In this document: one piece after another, positions 29,642 to 38,384 of the stretch
How the letters are laid out: every line of letters starts with the position of its first letter
Numbering within the stretch: position 1 is the first letter of the stretch
Source: a virus
IMG/VR virus record: IMGVR_UViG_3300029237_000366
Length of the DNA stretch: 64,000 nt
Direction: 5' to 3' (one strand)
Position numbers and translations under genes: made by a program
Notes under the pieces: generated by a model
Database searches by the model: none
Seen by the model: only the letters and a program-made list of their open reading frames with translations
What the model was told of the DNA's origin: nothing

Positions 29642-30727
29642 TCAATCCTTTTCTGCCAACAGGAAATCAGGATTGATGACCTTGAAACTGATGTTGTTTT
29701 TGACATTCCTCATGACAACACCCTCGCGCTTCTGCCCATTGCGAACCACAGAACACCCCTTAGAATACTCCACCAATTCCGCAATGGTATCAGGCAGCGT
29801 TTTGCCCTCTTCAACAATGGGAACAGAGCGAATACCATAAGGCGCCAACAGCTCCTTGATTTCCGCAGTCGTGCATTTGTGGTCAGGGAAAATCAGATTG
29901 AACGCAAACAGTTCGTAGTTGCTGATGTGATACTTGTTGCCCTGAATCTGGTTGCCGCAAATCTCACCCTGTAAAACGATGGTTTCATAATCACCGATGA
30001 GCTGCCGCAGCACATTTTCGATGTTGTACTTCTTGGCAACTGTCCAGTAGGAACTGTTGTCCGGTGTACCGAGATAGATATTGCGGCTGCACACGCCGAA
30101 CTCATACTTGCGTCTGGAAACCTTACGCAAATAGTAGGTCGCTGACTGACCGTCCATCTTCTCCGTAACAGAAAACTCTGTTCCCTTGTTGCGCTCTGCC
30201 TCAAAGAGCGCAGTAAGGTTCTGGATGCGAGTCTCATCGGTCTTAACAATCCAATCAGGGAAACCACCCTTGCGCTTGGACTTCATGAACAGCTTACGAT
30301 ACCACTTGAAGCGCATAAGGAATCGCACCAGTGCGCTCTTAGGTTTGGCGGGTTGCTTGGTCAGCAGCTGCGCCTCCTGCTGTGCTTCAGGGTCATATTT
30401 CTTGATGCCCAAAACATCGGTCACATCGGCACCCAAATCGGCGGGAGCGCCATTCGGCAGAATGGACAGTGGGAGAACCAAGCCCTGACTGACCTGACCA
30501 CGAAGCTTAATGGTGCGAACACGGAACTTACGGTCACGCAAAAACTCAAACTCCGGTCTCTCTGGAACAATGGAATCAACTTCGATATAGACGATGTGTT
30601 CCCCAGTGTGGAACTCGCCCTTCTGTACAACGCACTCCCATCCGTCAACCTGAGCAACCTCGATGCGGTCTGCTCCTGCAATCGGACGGAGGGTTGTAAT
30701 CTCACGAATAGTAGCTAAGTGTCGCAT
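29642..30727 (-). CDS. ATP-dependent RNA ligase (Rnl family; N-terminal OB-like domain plus nucleotidyltransferase)
   Basis: Motif I lysine in VTEKMDGQSATYY (KxDG), plus downstream ligase-like motifs; the N-terminal domain resembles the DraRnl/Rnl5 type. Confidence 0.65.
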   Translation of the reverse strand: MRHLATIREITTLRPIAGADRIEVAQVDGWECVVQKGEFHTGEHIVYIEVDSIVPERPEFEFLRDRKFRVRTIKLRGQVSQGLVLPLSILPNGAPADLGADVTDVLGIKKYDPEAQQEAQLLTKQPAKPKSALVRFLMRFKWYRKLFMKSKRKGGFPDWIVKTDETRIQNLTALFEAERNKGTEFSVTEKMDGQSATYYLRKVSRRKYEFGVCSRNIYLGTPDNSSYWTVAKKYNIENVLRQLIGDYETIVLQGEICGNQIQGNKYHISNYELFAFNLIFPDHKCTTAEIKELLAPYGIRSVPIVEEGKTLPDTIAELVEYSKGCSVVRNGQKREGVVMRNVKNNISFKVINPDFLLAEKD

Positions 30728-31036
30728 GAAACTTTCCTCCTAATTAAAACAGGATGCAGTCTCGGACAATTCTCTTTTTTAAGAGTTCATCATCCAACGC
30801 ATCCCAGTGTTCTACTTGATACTTTTCAGTTACATCACCAGTGATGTCATAAAGCCGACCTTGTATCTGGGTAACAAAATGATTTTCCACCTGGTCATAC
30901 ATCAGTGTGCTGTCAGAGAAGCGGCAGTGCAGAATAACTGCAAACCAGTAGCAACAGCCGTTGGTAAATACCGTATCGACATCATCGGCCAGATGAAAAC
31001 GGGCAAGGAAATGCTCAATGGTTGAAACCATCGTTC

Positions 31037-31537
31037 TCAATTCTTTCGGATGACTCTCTTGCATTTCAATAAACTCCGTTCGATGTACTCGTCTATCAGA
31101 CGGCTCTGTGCTTTTGTTTGAGCATAAGCGGTGATGGAAATGGATTTCCGGCTCCAGTCCAATGTGTAGCTATCGGTGGCAACATTGGTAATATGATTTT
31201 CAGCCAGAAAATCACGGAACTCTTTCATCTCTTCCTTGTCATCCGACAAGATGACATTCACATAGGTTCTGTCTTTTGAGAATCGATTACTGAGGGCAAC
31301 GGCAAGACAGCACCCAACGCCGCTTGCTATGGAAACTATCACAAGGGCGAGTGTGCTGTCGCTGGTAACGATGTCTTTTGTGATACTCAGGTAAATGAAG
31401 TTTGACAGGCCGAGAGCGACACCGGCAAGCAGGCAACGGTTGCGCTGAACAAGAATTGTCTTTGCTGTATTGAGCGTATTGTCCAGAACCTTTGCCAGAA
31501 ACAAAATGAACATATAAAAAGCGGTCGTCAAACTCAT
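31037..31537 (-). CDS. DUF2179/UPF0316-family membrane protein
   Basis: N-terminal transmembrane helices (AFYMFILFLAKVLDNTLNTAKTIL...) and a C-terminal soluble domain, in the YebE-like pattern. Confidence 0.45.
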   Translation of the reverse strand: MSLTTAFYMFILFLAKVLDNTLNTAKTILVQRNRCLLAGVALGLSNFIYLSITKDIVTSDSTLALVIVSIASGVGCCLAVALSNRFSKDRTYVNVILSDDKEEMKEFRDFLAENHITNVATDSYTLDWSRKSISITAYAQTKAQSRLIDEYIERSLLKCKRVIRKN

Positions 31538-31553
31538 TCCTCCTTAGTGTTTA

Positions 31554-32441
31554 TTAGGGTTCGATGCTGATAATGGAACTGGAACCGGTCACAGTAGGCA
31601 GTTCGCCGTTCCACTGCTCATACTTGATTTTTTCAATCAACTCACCGGTCAAAGAACCGGCAATCATACGGTTTGCCTCAGCCTCGGCCTCGGCTGCAAT
31701 ACGCAGAGCTTCTGCCTTTGCCTCCGCTTCGATAACCGCTTTTTCTGCGTTAATCTGGGCAACCTCTCTGTCCTTTTCTGCCTGAATCTTTGCGGTCTGC
31801 TTCTCAATATTCGCCAGCTCCAGCTCCTGCTGGGCGGTAACCTTTTTCTGGATAGCGGCAGCAGTCTCCTCATCGACGGAAATATCGGTGAAGTTCACCG
31901 TGTCGATGATAATGCCATACTGGTCGAACTTCTCACGCAGATAGGTGTCTAACTCGGCATTGATTTCGGTACGCTTGTCGCCGAAGATGTCAGTGACGGG
32001 ATAGTTGGCAGACACCTCCTGTGTCCACGCAATGACCTTGGGTTTGATGAACGAATCCTTGATTGCCTCGCCTGACTTTCCTTTGAACATAGCAAAGGTT
32101 TCGGAGACACGCGCCTCATCAAAACGATATGAGAACTCGATATTCACACGGACTGTCTTGCCATCTGAGGTGGGAATGTTAAAACTCTCATCCTTGGGCG
32201 AATCGCCCTTATCCTCAGCGGTCAAATAAGATTGCTCAATACCGATAGAATACTGGGTCACCTTCTTGGTCGGGGCAACCAGATGCCAGCCCTGTGTCAG
32301 AACCTCGCCATCAACGCCGCCGTTCATGTTGTACACGACGCCGACATAACCGGCGGGGATTTTCTCAAGACACACAATGCAGGCAATCAGGCAGAAGACC
32401 ATCACGATACCCAAAATAATTGCGCCGATTTTACCCTTCAT
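31554..32441 (-). CDS. SPFH/band-7 (prohibitin/HflC-like) membrane protein
   Basis: N-terminal TM helix, SPFH core, and a C-terminal Ala/Glu-rich coiled coil (AEAEAEANRMIAG). Confidence 0.7.
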   Translation of the reverse strand: MKGKIGAIILGIVMVFCLIACIVCLEKIPAGYVGVVYNMNGGVDGEVLTQGWHLVAPTKKVTQYSIGIEQSYLTAEDKGDSPKDESFNIPTSDGKTVRVNIEFSYRFDEARVSETFAMFKGKSGEAIKDSFIKPKVIAWTQEVSANYPVTDIFGDKRTEINAELDTYLREKFDQYGIIIDTVNFTDISVDEETAAAIQKKVTAQQELELANIEKQTAKIQAEKDREVAQINAEKAVIEAEAKAEALRIAAEAEAEANRMIAGSLTGELIEKIKYEQWNGELPTVTGSSSIISIEP

Positions 32442-32670
32442 CCTTTAACTCCTCTGTTGTTTTTTCAGATTTCTCTTCCGATTCCTCGGAGATTTCCTTT
32501 TTCGCATCGTTGTAAATTCGCAGGCCGAATGCACCAATGCCCTTAAAGGCAAAGCTCAGACAGAACCATAACAGCACAAGCGCAACGATGACAATGAGCC
32601 AGAACACGATGTTCACTTGCTTACCTCCTGTTCTAAAACTCGTGGTATGTATGTGCGGGTTTCCATGCAC
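32431..32670 (-). CDS. Small membrane protein
   Basis: Hydrophobic helix IVFWLIVIVALVLLWFCLSFAF, translationally coupled to the SPFH gene. Confidence 0.35.
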   Translation of the reverse strand: MHGNPHIHTTSFRTGGKQVNIVFWLIVIVALVLLWFCLSFAFKGIGAFGLRIYNDAKKEISEESEEKSEKTTEELKDEG

Positions 32671-33030
32671 TTCTCGACCTTTCTGGTCTTTCCCAGTGCC
32701 TCGCGCATCAAGTTCAAAAGGTTTTTGCCTTTGTCGCTTTCCAAAAACTGAACGAGCGGTTCAAGGATTTCTACCGTGTCTTTGTATTCACGGCGTGCCT
32801 GCCTGCATTTGGTAAGACTTGTGGCAACCTTTGCCCGTTCCTTATAGTCGAGGCCATCAAGCTCCAGTTTGTGGAGGTAGTCCTGCGTAAGCCTGTCCAT
32901 GCGGTTGACCTCGCTATAATTCCACGCATAATCTTTCTGCGCATCCTCCATCATTCTGCAGAACGCCCCGATGGATTCGGAGAACTGCGGTGGCTTTAAT
33001 TGTTTTTTCATGCAAGACCTCCTCTCTGAT

Positions 33031-34323
33031 TTATCCGAAGCTGACTTCGCTTTTATCGGTTCGGATAGAAATAAACACCGGGAACTGAAGACTCTCAGCA
33101 CCGGTGTTTTTATCACTGGATATTTCCTTGTACTTTACTTCGCAGAGCAAACCCGGCAGGCCATCTTTTCCTTGCCAGAATGTTGCTCGCTGCTCGTCGG
33201 TGAACCCGGAGCCGACCTTGACTTCATTCCCCTTATAGTCGAGTACAAGCGCACCTAAAGTCCCTGCCAATCTTCCGCTGCCTTCTTCGCAGCGGAGGAT
33301 ACGCAAGTCCATCGTGTAAAAGCGTTTGACCTTCAGGATTCCATTGTGTCGTCTGCACTGGTAGGGAACATTGAGGTTTACCATCAGCCCCTCTTTATCC
33401 TCACGAACCATCTGCTCCAGCAGTTCACTGATTTTGTTCTGGTCTTTTCCATGATACAGAACCGGCAGAATACTGACCCGGCCATCCTGCGGAATGAAGC
33501 GGTGAAGTTGGTCTAAGAAAGCACGGCGGTAGCCGTAACTGCCGTCGCTCTGCCCACGGTGGAACTCTTCAACCGTCAGAACATCAAAAATCGTGTAGCA
33601 AATCACCGTTTTATCACCATCGTCTGAGTTGATAATACCGGTGGCTTTGCGGAATGCCTCATTGTCTGAGAGGCTGCCCTTCTCACGAAGCGTCAGCTCA
33701 CCATCGAATACATAGCTATCCTCTTCATCAAAACAGAGAGCATCCAGAATATGGTCAAGTCCTTCATAGGGAACTCCGCTTCTTGCGTACAGTCTGCCTT
33801 TGTAATAGGTCGCCCGGACACCGTTCAGCTTTTGTGTTAGCCAGAACTCCGTGCCCTCCTTCAAAGGATACTTATCAATGGGGTACGCCTGCTGAACTTC
33901 CCATTCTGGAATCAGATTGGGGATAACCTTGTTCACGGTCTTTGCCGTGACGCCCAGCCTGAGTGTCTTGGAAAGAAGCTTGATATAAACATCAGCTTCA
34001 TCCGGCGGGCTGCTCTGAACGAATGCACAAACCTGATACACCGTACCGGCGTCCAATGCTTTTCTTTTAGACAACAGTTCGCAGACAGAAAAGATGTCTG
34101 TCATTGTCAGTGTGATGGCTGAGTCATACCGGGTAGGAGAGCGAAGCGTTTGCTCCGAAATCTTATAGGTGAGCATCGGGTTGAGCGCGTAATATAAAAA
34201 ATTACGGAAGTTCGCATCGTCTTGGAACTCCCGTAATAGCTGGGTCTTTCTTATTGAGCCGACCGCTTCCTGCAAACGGCGTAATTTTACGATAGAATCT
34301 GACAGCGGCGTTGCAGTAATCAA
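33031..34323 (-). CDS. ATP-dependent polynucleotide ligase-family protein (DNA-ligase-like, with Asn in motif I)
   Basis: Motifs KLNGVR (I, N instead of D), FDGELTL (III), EGLMVNL (IV) and ILKVKR (V), then an OB domain (GSGFTDEQR). Confidence 0.6.
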   Translation of the reverse strand: MITATPLSDSIVKLRRLQEAVGSIRKTQLLREFQDDANFRNFLYYALNPMLTYKISEQTLRSPTRYDSAITLTMTDIFSVCELLSKRKALDAGTVYQVCAFVQSSPPDEADVYIKLLSKTLRLGVTAKTVNKVIPNLIPEWEVQQAYPIDKYPLKEGTEFWLTQKLNGVRATYYKGRLYARSGVPYEGLDHILDALCFDEEDSYVFDGELTLREKGSLSDNEAFRKATGIINSDDGDKTVICYTIFDVLTVEEFHRGQSDGSYGYRRAFLDQLHRFIPQDGRVSILPVLYHGKDQNKISELLEQMVREDKEGLMVNLNVPYQCRRHNGILKVKRFYTMDLRILRCEEGSGRLAGTLGALVLDYKGNEVKVGSGFTDEQRATFWQGKDGLPGLLCEVKYKEISSDKNTGAESLQFPVFISIRTDKSEVSFG

Positions 34324-35525
34324 TCTTCATCACCCGCCTTGAAATTATAAATGGGCTTGATAATGGCATCGATGGTTACAGCTGGCTCGATATTACCGAC
34401 AATATCATCCATACCCTTATAGGCCATTGGGCATTCATCCAGCGTGCTGCGCCCAACGGAGGTCGTGTAGATACCCGCCATCTGCTTTTTGAATTCGGAT
34501 ACAGTGAAAGCTTCTTTTGCGGCGCTGCGGCTCATCAGCCGACCGGCACCATGAGGGGCGGAAAAGTTCCAATCCGGATTGCCCTTGCCGGTGCAAAGCA
34601 GGCTGCCGTCACGCATATTGATGGGAATCAACAGACGCTCACCGGCCTGTGCAGACACAGAACCCTTACGCAAAATCATGTTCTCCACATCAATATAGTT
34701 GTGAATCGTTGTAAACTGTTCAGTCACATGGAATCCCATCCCTTTGACAATGGTATCCATCATCGCCTGCCGGTTCAGCTCGGCAAAATGCTGTGCAATT
34801 TTCATGTCATGAAGATACTGCTCAAAGAGCTCGCCCTCCACATAAGCAAGCGGTTTGGGAACGGAGGAATGCTTTGACTTCATGGACTTCAACACTGCTT
34901 GAATCTCTTTCTGGCGGCCATCCGCTTTCAGCTGTTCAATAGCCGCCTCAACCTCTTCATGGCTATAAGAGGTCAGTGCCTTGAAAGCAGCCTCCTGATA
35001 GAAGTTGGCGATTTCTAAACCCAGATGACGGCTGCCGGAGTGGACAACGATATAGATATTCCCATCATCGTCCTTGTTCGCCTCAATAAAATGATTGCCG
35101 CCACCCAATGTACCGATACTGTGATAGGCACGGTCAGTGTTGACCTTTTTTGCGCAGCACAACTGCGACAAATCGATTTCTTTTGCGTAACGATGCGGTG
35201 CGGAACGGATTGCAAAGCCAGACGGAATGCCCTCACGGATAACCTTGTCCAACTTCTGCGGTTCGATATTGGTCTCTTTCAGGCGGATGGTTTCCATACC
35301 GCATCCAATATCAACGCCAACAAGGTTGGGGCAAATCTTATCCTTGATAGTCATGGTGGTTCCGATGGTGCAGCCAGCACCGGCATGAATATCCGGCATC
35401 ATACGAACCTTGCTTCCCTCGACATAGGGTTGGTTCAAGAGATTGATGACCTGAGAAATGGATTCGCTATCGACCACATCGGTAAATACTTTTGCCGAAG
35501 CGTATTTCCCCTGAAGCTCAAGCAT
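34320..35525 (-). CDS. rtcB: RtcB RNA-splicing ligase (3'-phosphate/5'-OH ligase)
   Basis: MPDIHAGAGCTIG, GGGNHFIE, VVHSGSRHLG and APHGAGR signatures. Confidence 0.9.
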   Translation of the reverse strand: MLELQGKYASAKVFTDVVDSESISQVINLLNQPYVEGSKVRMMPDIHAGAGCTIGTTMTIKDKICPNLVGVDIGCGMETIRLKETNIEPQKLDKVIREGIPSGFAIRSAPHRYAKEIDLSQLCCAKKVNTDRAYHSIGTLGGGNHFIEANKDDDGNIYIVVHSGSRHLGLEIANFYQEAAFKALTSYSHEEVEAAIEQLKADGRQKEIQAVLKSMKSKHSSVPKPLAYVEGELFEQYLHDMKIAQHFAELNRQAMMDTIVKGMGFHVTEQFTTIHNYIDVENMILRKGSVSAQAGERLLIPINMRDGSLLCTGKGNPDWNFSAPHGAGRLMSRSAAKEAFTVSEFKKQMAGIYTTSVGRSTLDECPMAYKGMDDIVGNIEPAVTIDAIIKPIYNFKAGDED

Positions 35526-35571
35526 TTTATCGCCCTCCTTTGGCTTGGTATATAGTCCTGTTATAGCACAG

Positions 35572-35597
35572 GTAAAAGGGGCTTGTGCCCCTTTATC
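35572..35597 (-). terminator. Rho-independent terminator-like hairpin
   Basis: The AAAGGGGC-TTGT-GCCCCTTT hairpin is followed by a T-run on the minus strand. Confidence 0.4.
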
Positions 35598-35739
35598 TGT
35601 ACCCGACCGCTTTCCGCAGGGGAGCGCGTTTGTACTGTGGCGCGACCCTGTGCATCAAGTGACATTTTTAACGAGAGATTTTGGCTGTATTAAAATGATT
35701 ATCCGCTGGATAATCTTTTTAATACTGGCTAAATCCGAA

Positions 35740-35860
35740 GTTAAAAATGAAGAACGCAAAGTGTTTCTTCTGCTTTGAGCGAGAAGATACCGCACGGAGA
35801 AGGGGGTATGTATGTGCGGAAAATCTACAAAGCGGTCATATCAAAAGCGAAAGATTTTTT
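35740..35860. ncRNA. Divergent copy (R5) of the structured noncoding element family
   Basis: TCTTCT-GCTTTGAGCG-AGAAGA hairpin with the same architecture as the other cores, a CCGCAC...GTGCGG hairpin, and the AAATCTACAAAGCGGT block shared with R4; lies in a 350-nt ORF-poor gap. Confidence 0.35.
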
Positions 35861-35875
35861 CGCTTAAGAACAAAG

Positions 35876-36415
35876 TTAGTGAAGAATCATCGGTCGATTG
35901 GTGTTAATGAGTTGATTCAATGCCTCGTCTTCTCTTGCTCGTTCAGCGGCTTCCTCTCGGCGGATATCCAGAAGAACAACGCCGCAGAACCCCATCAGCT
36001 CACCGATGGAAAAATCCTCTTCCTCCACAGGAGGCTCATCCGGCTCGGAATCTTCTTCATTAAACATGGTGTCGGTATCGAAATCGTCCTCGTCATCAGG
36101 CTCATCTTCCCAAACACCGTTGTTGTCGCCCCACTCCAGGACATCCTCCTTATAACTGTCAAAGTCATTTTCGTCCATACCGTCATAGTCGAAGCTGCCG
36201 TTCATACGGTAGTAACCATATCCGGTTGGGATTTCGGAAAGCGAGTCTCGAATGTCTCTCCATGAGTAATTGGTGTCGCGGATATCTTCCTCGACATACT
36301 CGTCAAGCTGGTCAGAGTCGATAATGTCTTCGCAGATATTGCAGCCCTCGTCGGAGCAGAAATCAAGCAACTCCCACCATTCGGTTACATCGTTAAGGAA
36401 ATCATTTCTTGTCAT
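35876..36415 (-). CDS. Highly acidic protein (candidate DNA mimic or anti-restriction protein)
   Basis: 179 aa with long D/E runs (EDEPDDEDDFDTD, EEDSEPDEPPVEEED). Confidence 0.4.
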   Translation of the reverse strand: MTRNDFLNDVTEWWELLDFCSDEGCNICEDIIDSDQLDEYVEEDIRDTNYSWRDIRDSLSEIPTGYGYYRMNGSFDYDGMDENDFDSYKEDVLEWGDNNGVWEDEPDDEDDFDTDTMFNEEDSEPDEPPVEEEDFSIGELMGFCGVVLLDIRREEAAERAREDEALNQLINTNRPMILH

Positions 36416-36903
36416 ACTGCATCCTCTCTTTCTACCATTTCGGTATCAATCAATGTTAATTTGGATAGCGCCTTTTCTGTCAAAAACGCATACTGCAATC
36501 CAAGATTAGTGCTGGTGAGGTCGTGCTTCATTATTGACATGACCTCTGCTATGGACATACTTGCCCGTCTAAATTTAGAGAACTTACTTTTGAGGTTTGC
36601 TCCGCCGCCAGCCATATTACCAATAACCAAATCATACTCAGTGGAAGTATAGCCCAGCCGAGATGCTACAGCAAACCGCAGCCATGCTTCGGAGTAGCCC
36701 GCAAACTCTAACACCGATAGACCGCCCAAATCCTTTACGGTATATGTCTGGATGAAACCTGCGGTTGAGTGCTTGATTGCCATCGGTAATGCGTCAAAAT
36801 AGTTTGGGGTAAGATAAAAGCCGCACCCGAAATCGCGGTACGGCTTGCAAAAAGATAAGGACGGTACAGTAAATGAAACTGGCGTGCCATGATACAGATA
36901 CAT
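36412..36903 (-). CDS. DUF3990-family protein (predicted ADP-ribosyltransferase fold)
   Basis: MYLYHGTPVSF...DFGCGFYLT matches the DUF3990 N-terminal signature. The track ORF was shortened to the internal Met so that it does not overlap tRNA-Thr. Confidence 0.5.
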   Translation of the reverse strand: MYLYHGTPVSFTVPSLSFCKPYRDFGCGFYLTPNYFDALPMAIKHSTAGFIQTYTVKDLGGLSVLEFAGYSEAWLRFAVASRLGYTSTEYDLVIGNMAGGGANLKSKFSKFRRASMSIAEVMSIMKHDLTSTNLGLQYAFLTEKALSKLTLIDTEMVEREDAV

Positions 36904-36926
36904 TACCAACCCTCCCATATGTTTTG

Positions 36927-37002
36927 TGGAGCTGGTGACAGGGCTCGAACCCGCGACCCTCGGAGTACAAAACCGATGCTCTACCAACTGAGCTACACCA
37001 GC
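36927..37002 (-). tRNA. tRNA-Thr(TGT)
   Basis: 76-nt cloverleaf: GCTGGTG acceptor, AGCTCAGTTGGTAGAGC D-arm, anticodon loop TTTGTAC, GGGTTCGAGCCC T-arm, CCA encoded. Confidence 0.85.
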
Positions 37003-37005
37003 AAA

Positions 37006-37081
37006 TGGAGCTGGAACTCGGAATCGAACCGAGAACCTACGCTGTACGAGAGCGTTGCTCTACCAGTTGAGCTATTCCAGC
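37006..37081 (-). tRNA. tRNA-Thr(CGT)
   Basis: 76 nt: GCTGGAA acceptor, anticodon loop CTCGTAC, T-arm TCGGTTCGATTCCGA, CCA encoded. Confidence 0.85.
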
Positions 37082-37270
37082 ATTGGTCGGCTTCCCGCTT
37101 AGATTGTCACACGCTCATGTGCGGCTGGCGCCCCGCAAGCATACCAACCGGCCACTCTTGGGCTAAATCACAAGGGAGACGCATCTCCTCGCGCAGTTTT
37201 CAGCGGGCATTGTTATTCTCTGTGAGGTAAGCCGATAATCTCTCACATCATCTGGGCGCTACCCAGCCTC

Positions 37271-37348
37271 TGGCACGGACGGTTGGGAATCGAACCCACC
37301 ACAAGCGATTTTGGAGACCGCCTCGCCAGCCTTGGAACATTCGCCCGT
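37271..37348 (-). tRNA. tRNA-Trp(CCA)-like; non-canonical D-arm and an extra nucleotide near the T-stem; possibly a pseudogene
   Basis: Acceptor ACGGGCG/CGTCCGT pairs at 7/7 and the anticodon arm GCGGT-CTCCAAA-ATCGC is good, with discriminator G and CCA. The D-stem barely pairs and the T-arm region is one nucleotide too long. Confidence 0.45.
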
Positions 37349-37530
37349 ATAAGTGGCAGACTATTGCGAACTTGCGGTCTGCCAGCGCGACTCTTTGGTA
37401 ACGCAGGTCTGTATCTGCGTTGCAGATTCCGTCTCTACAGGCTCTGCACAGCCCAGCCACTTTCTATGTGTCGGCACACCGGCATAATTCTGGAGAAACA
37501 TTAGTCCTTTCCACGGCAATGCCATGCCGA

Positions 37531-37588
37531 TGGCGCAGATGGCGGGGATTTGCACCCCGCATGACCTTACAGCGCATCGGTCTCCGCC
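37531..37588 (-). other. tRNA-like fragment (T-arm plus acceptor-like helix, no D-arm or anticodon arm)
   Basis: GCGGGG-TGCAAAT-CCCCGC T-arm-like hairpin, and GGCGGAG...CTGCGCC ends that pair at 6/7, in only 58 nt. The region 37350-37620 has no credible ORF. Confidence 0.25.
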
Positions 37589-37626
37589 ATTTGAGAGGTC
37601 GGCATCCTGTCTGTAATTTGTAGCGT

Positions 37627-38328
37627 CTACCTATTCCGCCACATCTGCATATCTGAAATCGGAATTACCCGATTGTACAGGGCGACAAACTGGTCGTTGA
37701 GCTGTTTGTCCACATGGTAGTGACCGAAGTACCACCGCTTAAAATGAAGGTCTTGACGAATGCGTTCCAAAAAACTGACCATCGGGTCGTTTTCATACCA
37801 ACTTGCCAGCATTGTCTGGATGCTGCGGGGAGCGCAGTGCGTTACAACATAATCAACTGTCCAGTTGTTCTGCTCCAGAGCACAAACTGCACGCTCCATC
37901 TCCTCGTTTGACGGCATCTCCTGCTGCCACCATGAAATATGCTCCGTGCGATACGCCTTGTCCACTGAGCGAGCACCGCCCATACAGAAGATTTTTCTAC
38001 CGTCAATGGTAAGAACCTGACCTCTGTCCAAATGATAAATGTCCGGTGCAATTTGCCTGACTTTACCGCCGAACCTATCCTCTAACGGGAACTGGTATAG
38101 CATATCAAAGTTTTCGTGGTTTCCGTCAATCCAGAGAGTGGTGAAATTTTTGGCTGTGAGCCAGTCTTGCCACCACATCTCCCTGCGTGAGCCATCCCAG
38201 CATAATCCAAAGTCGCCACATATTATCAAGTAATCATCTTTTGTCAGATTTTTCTGCTGCGGGAATTTTGTTGTGTTAAGTTTTTCAATATCGATATTGG
38301 CGTGAGTATCACCTGTTACATATATCAT
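37627..38328 (-). CDS. Calcineurin-like metallophosphoesterase
   Basis: GDTHAN, GDFG, GNHE and GHYH motifs. Confidence 0.7.
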   Translation of the reverse strand: MIYVTGDTHANIDIEKLNTTKFPQQKNLTKDDYLIICGDFGLCWDGSRREMWWQDWLTAKNFTTLWIDGNHENFDMLYQFPLEDRFGGKVRQIAPDIYHLDRGQVLTIDGRKIFCMGGARSVDKAYRTEHISWWQQEMPSNEEMERAVCALEQNNWTVDYVVTHCAPRSIQTMLASWYENDPMVSFLERIRQDLHFKRWYFGHYHVDKQLNDQFVALYNRVIPISDMQMWRNR

Positions 38329-38384
38329 GGAATCCGATTCCTTTCTTCATTTGCAATCTACACGGAGCGTGTACCTGGAGACCG

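Noticed and set aside
37350-37620. tmRNA (ssrA) or another long ncRNA behind the tRNA-like T-arm and acceptor motifs
   Set aside because: A roughly 350-nt tmRNA ending here would have to overlap the well-supported metallophosphoesterase gene. No GGGG 5' end or tag-peptide reading frame was seen, so the motifs are called tRNA-like fragments
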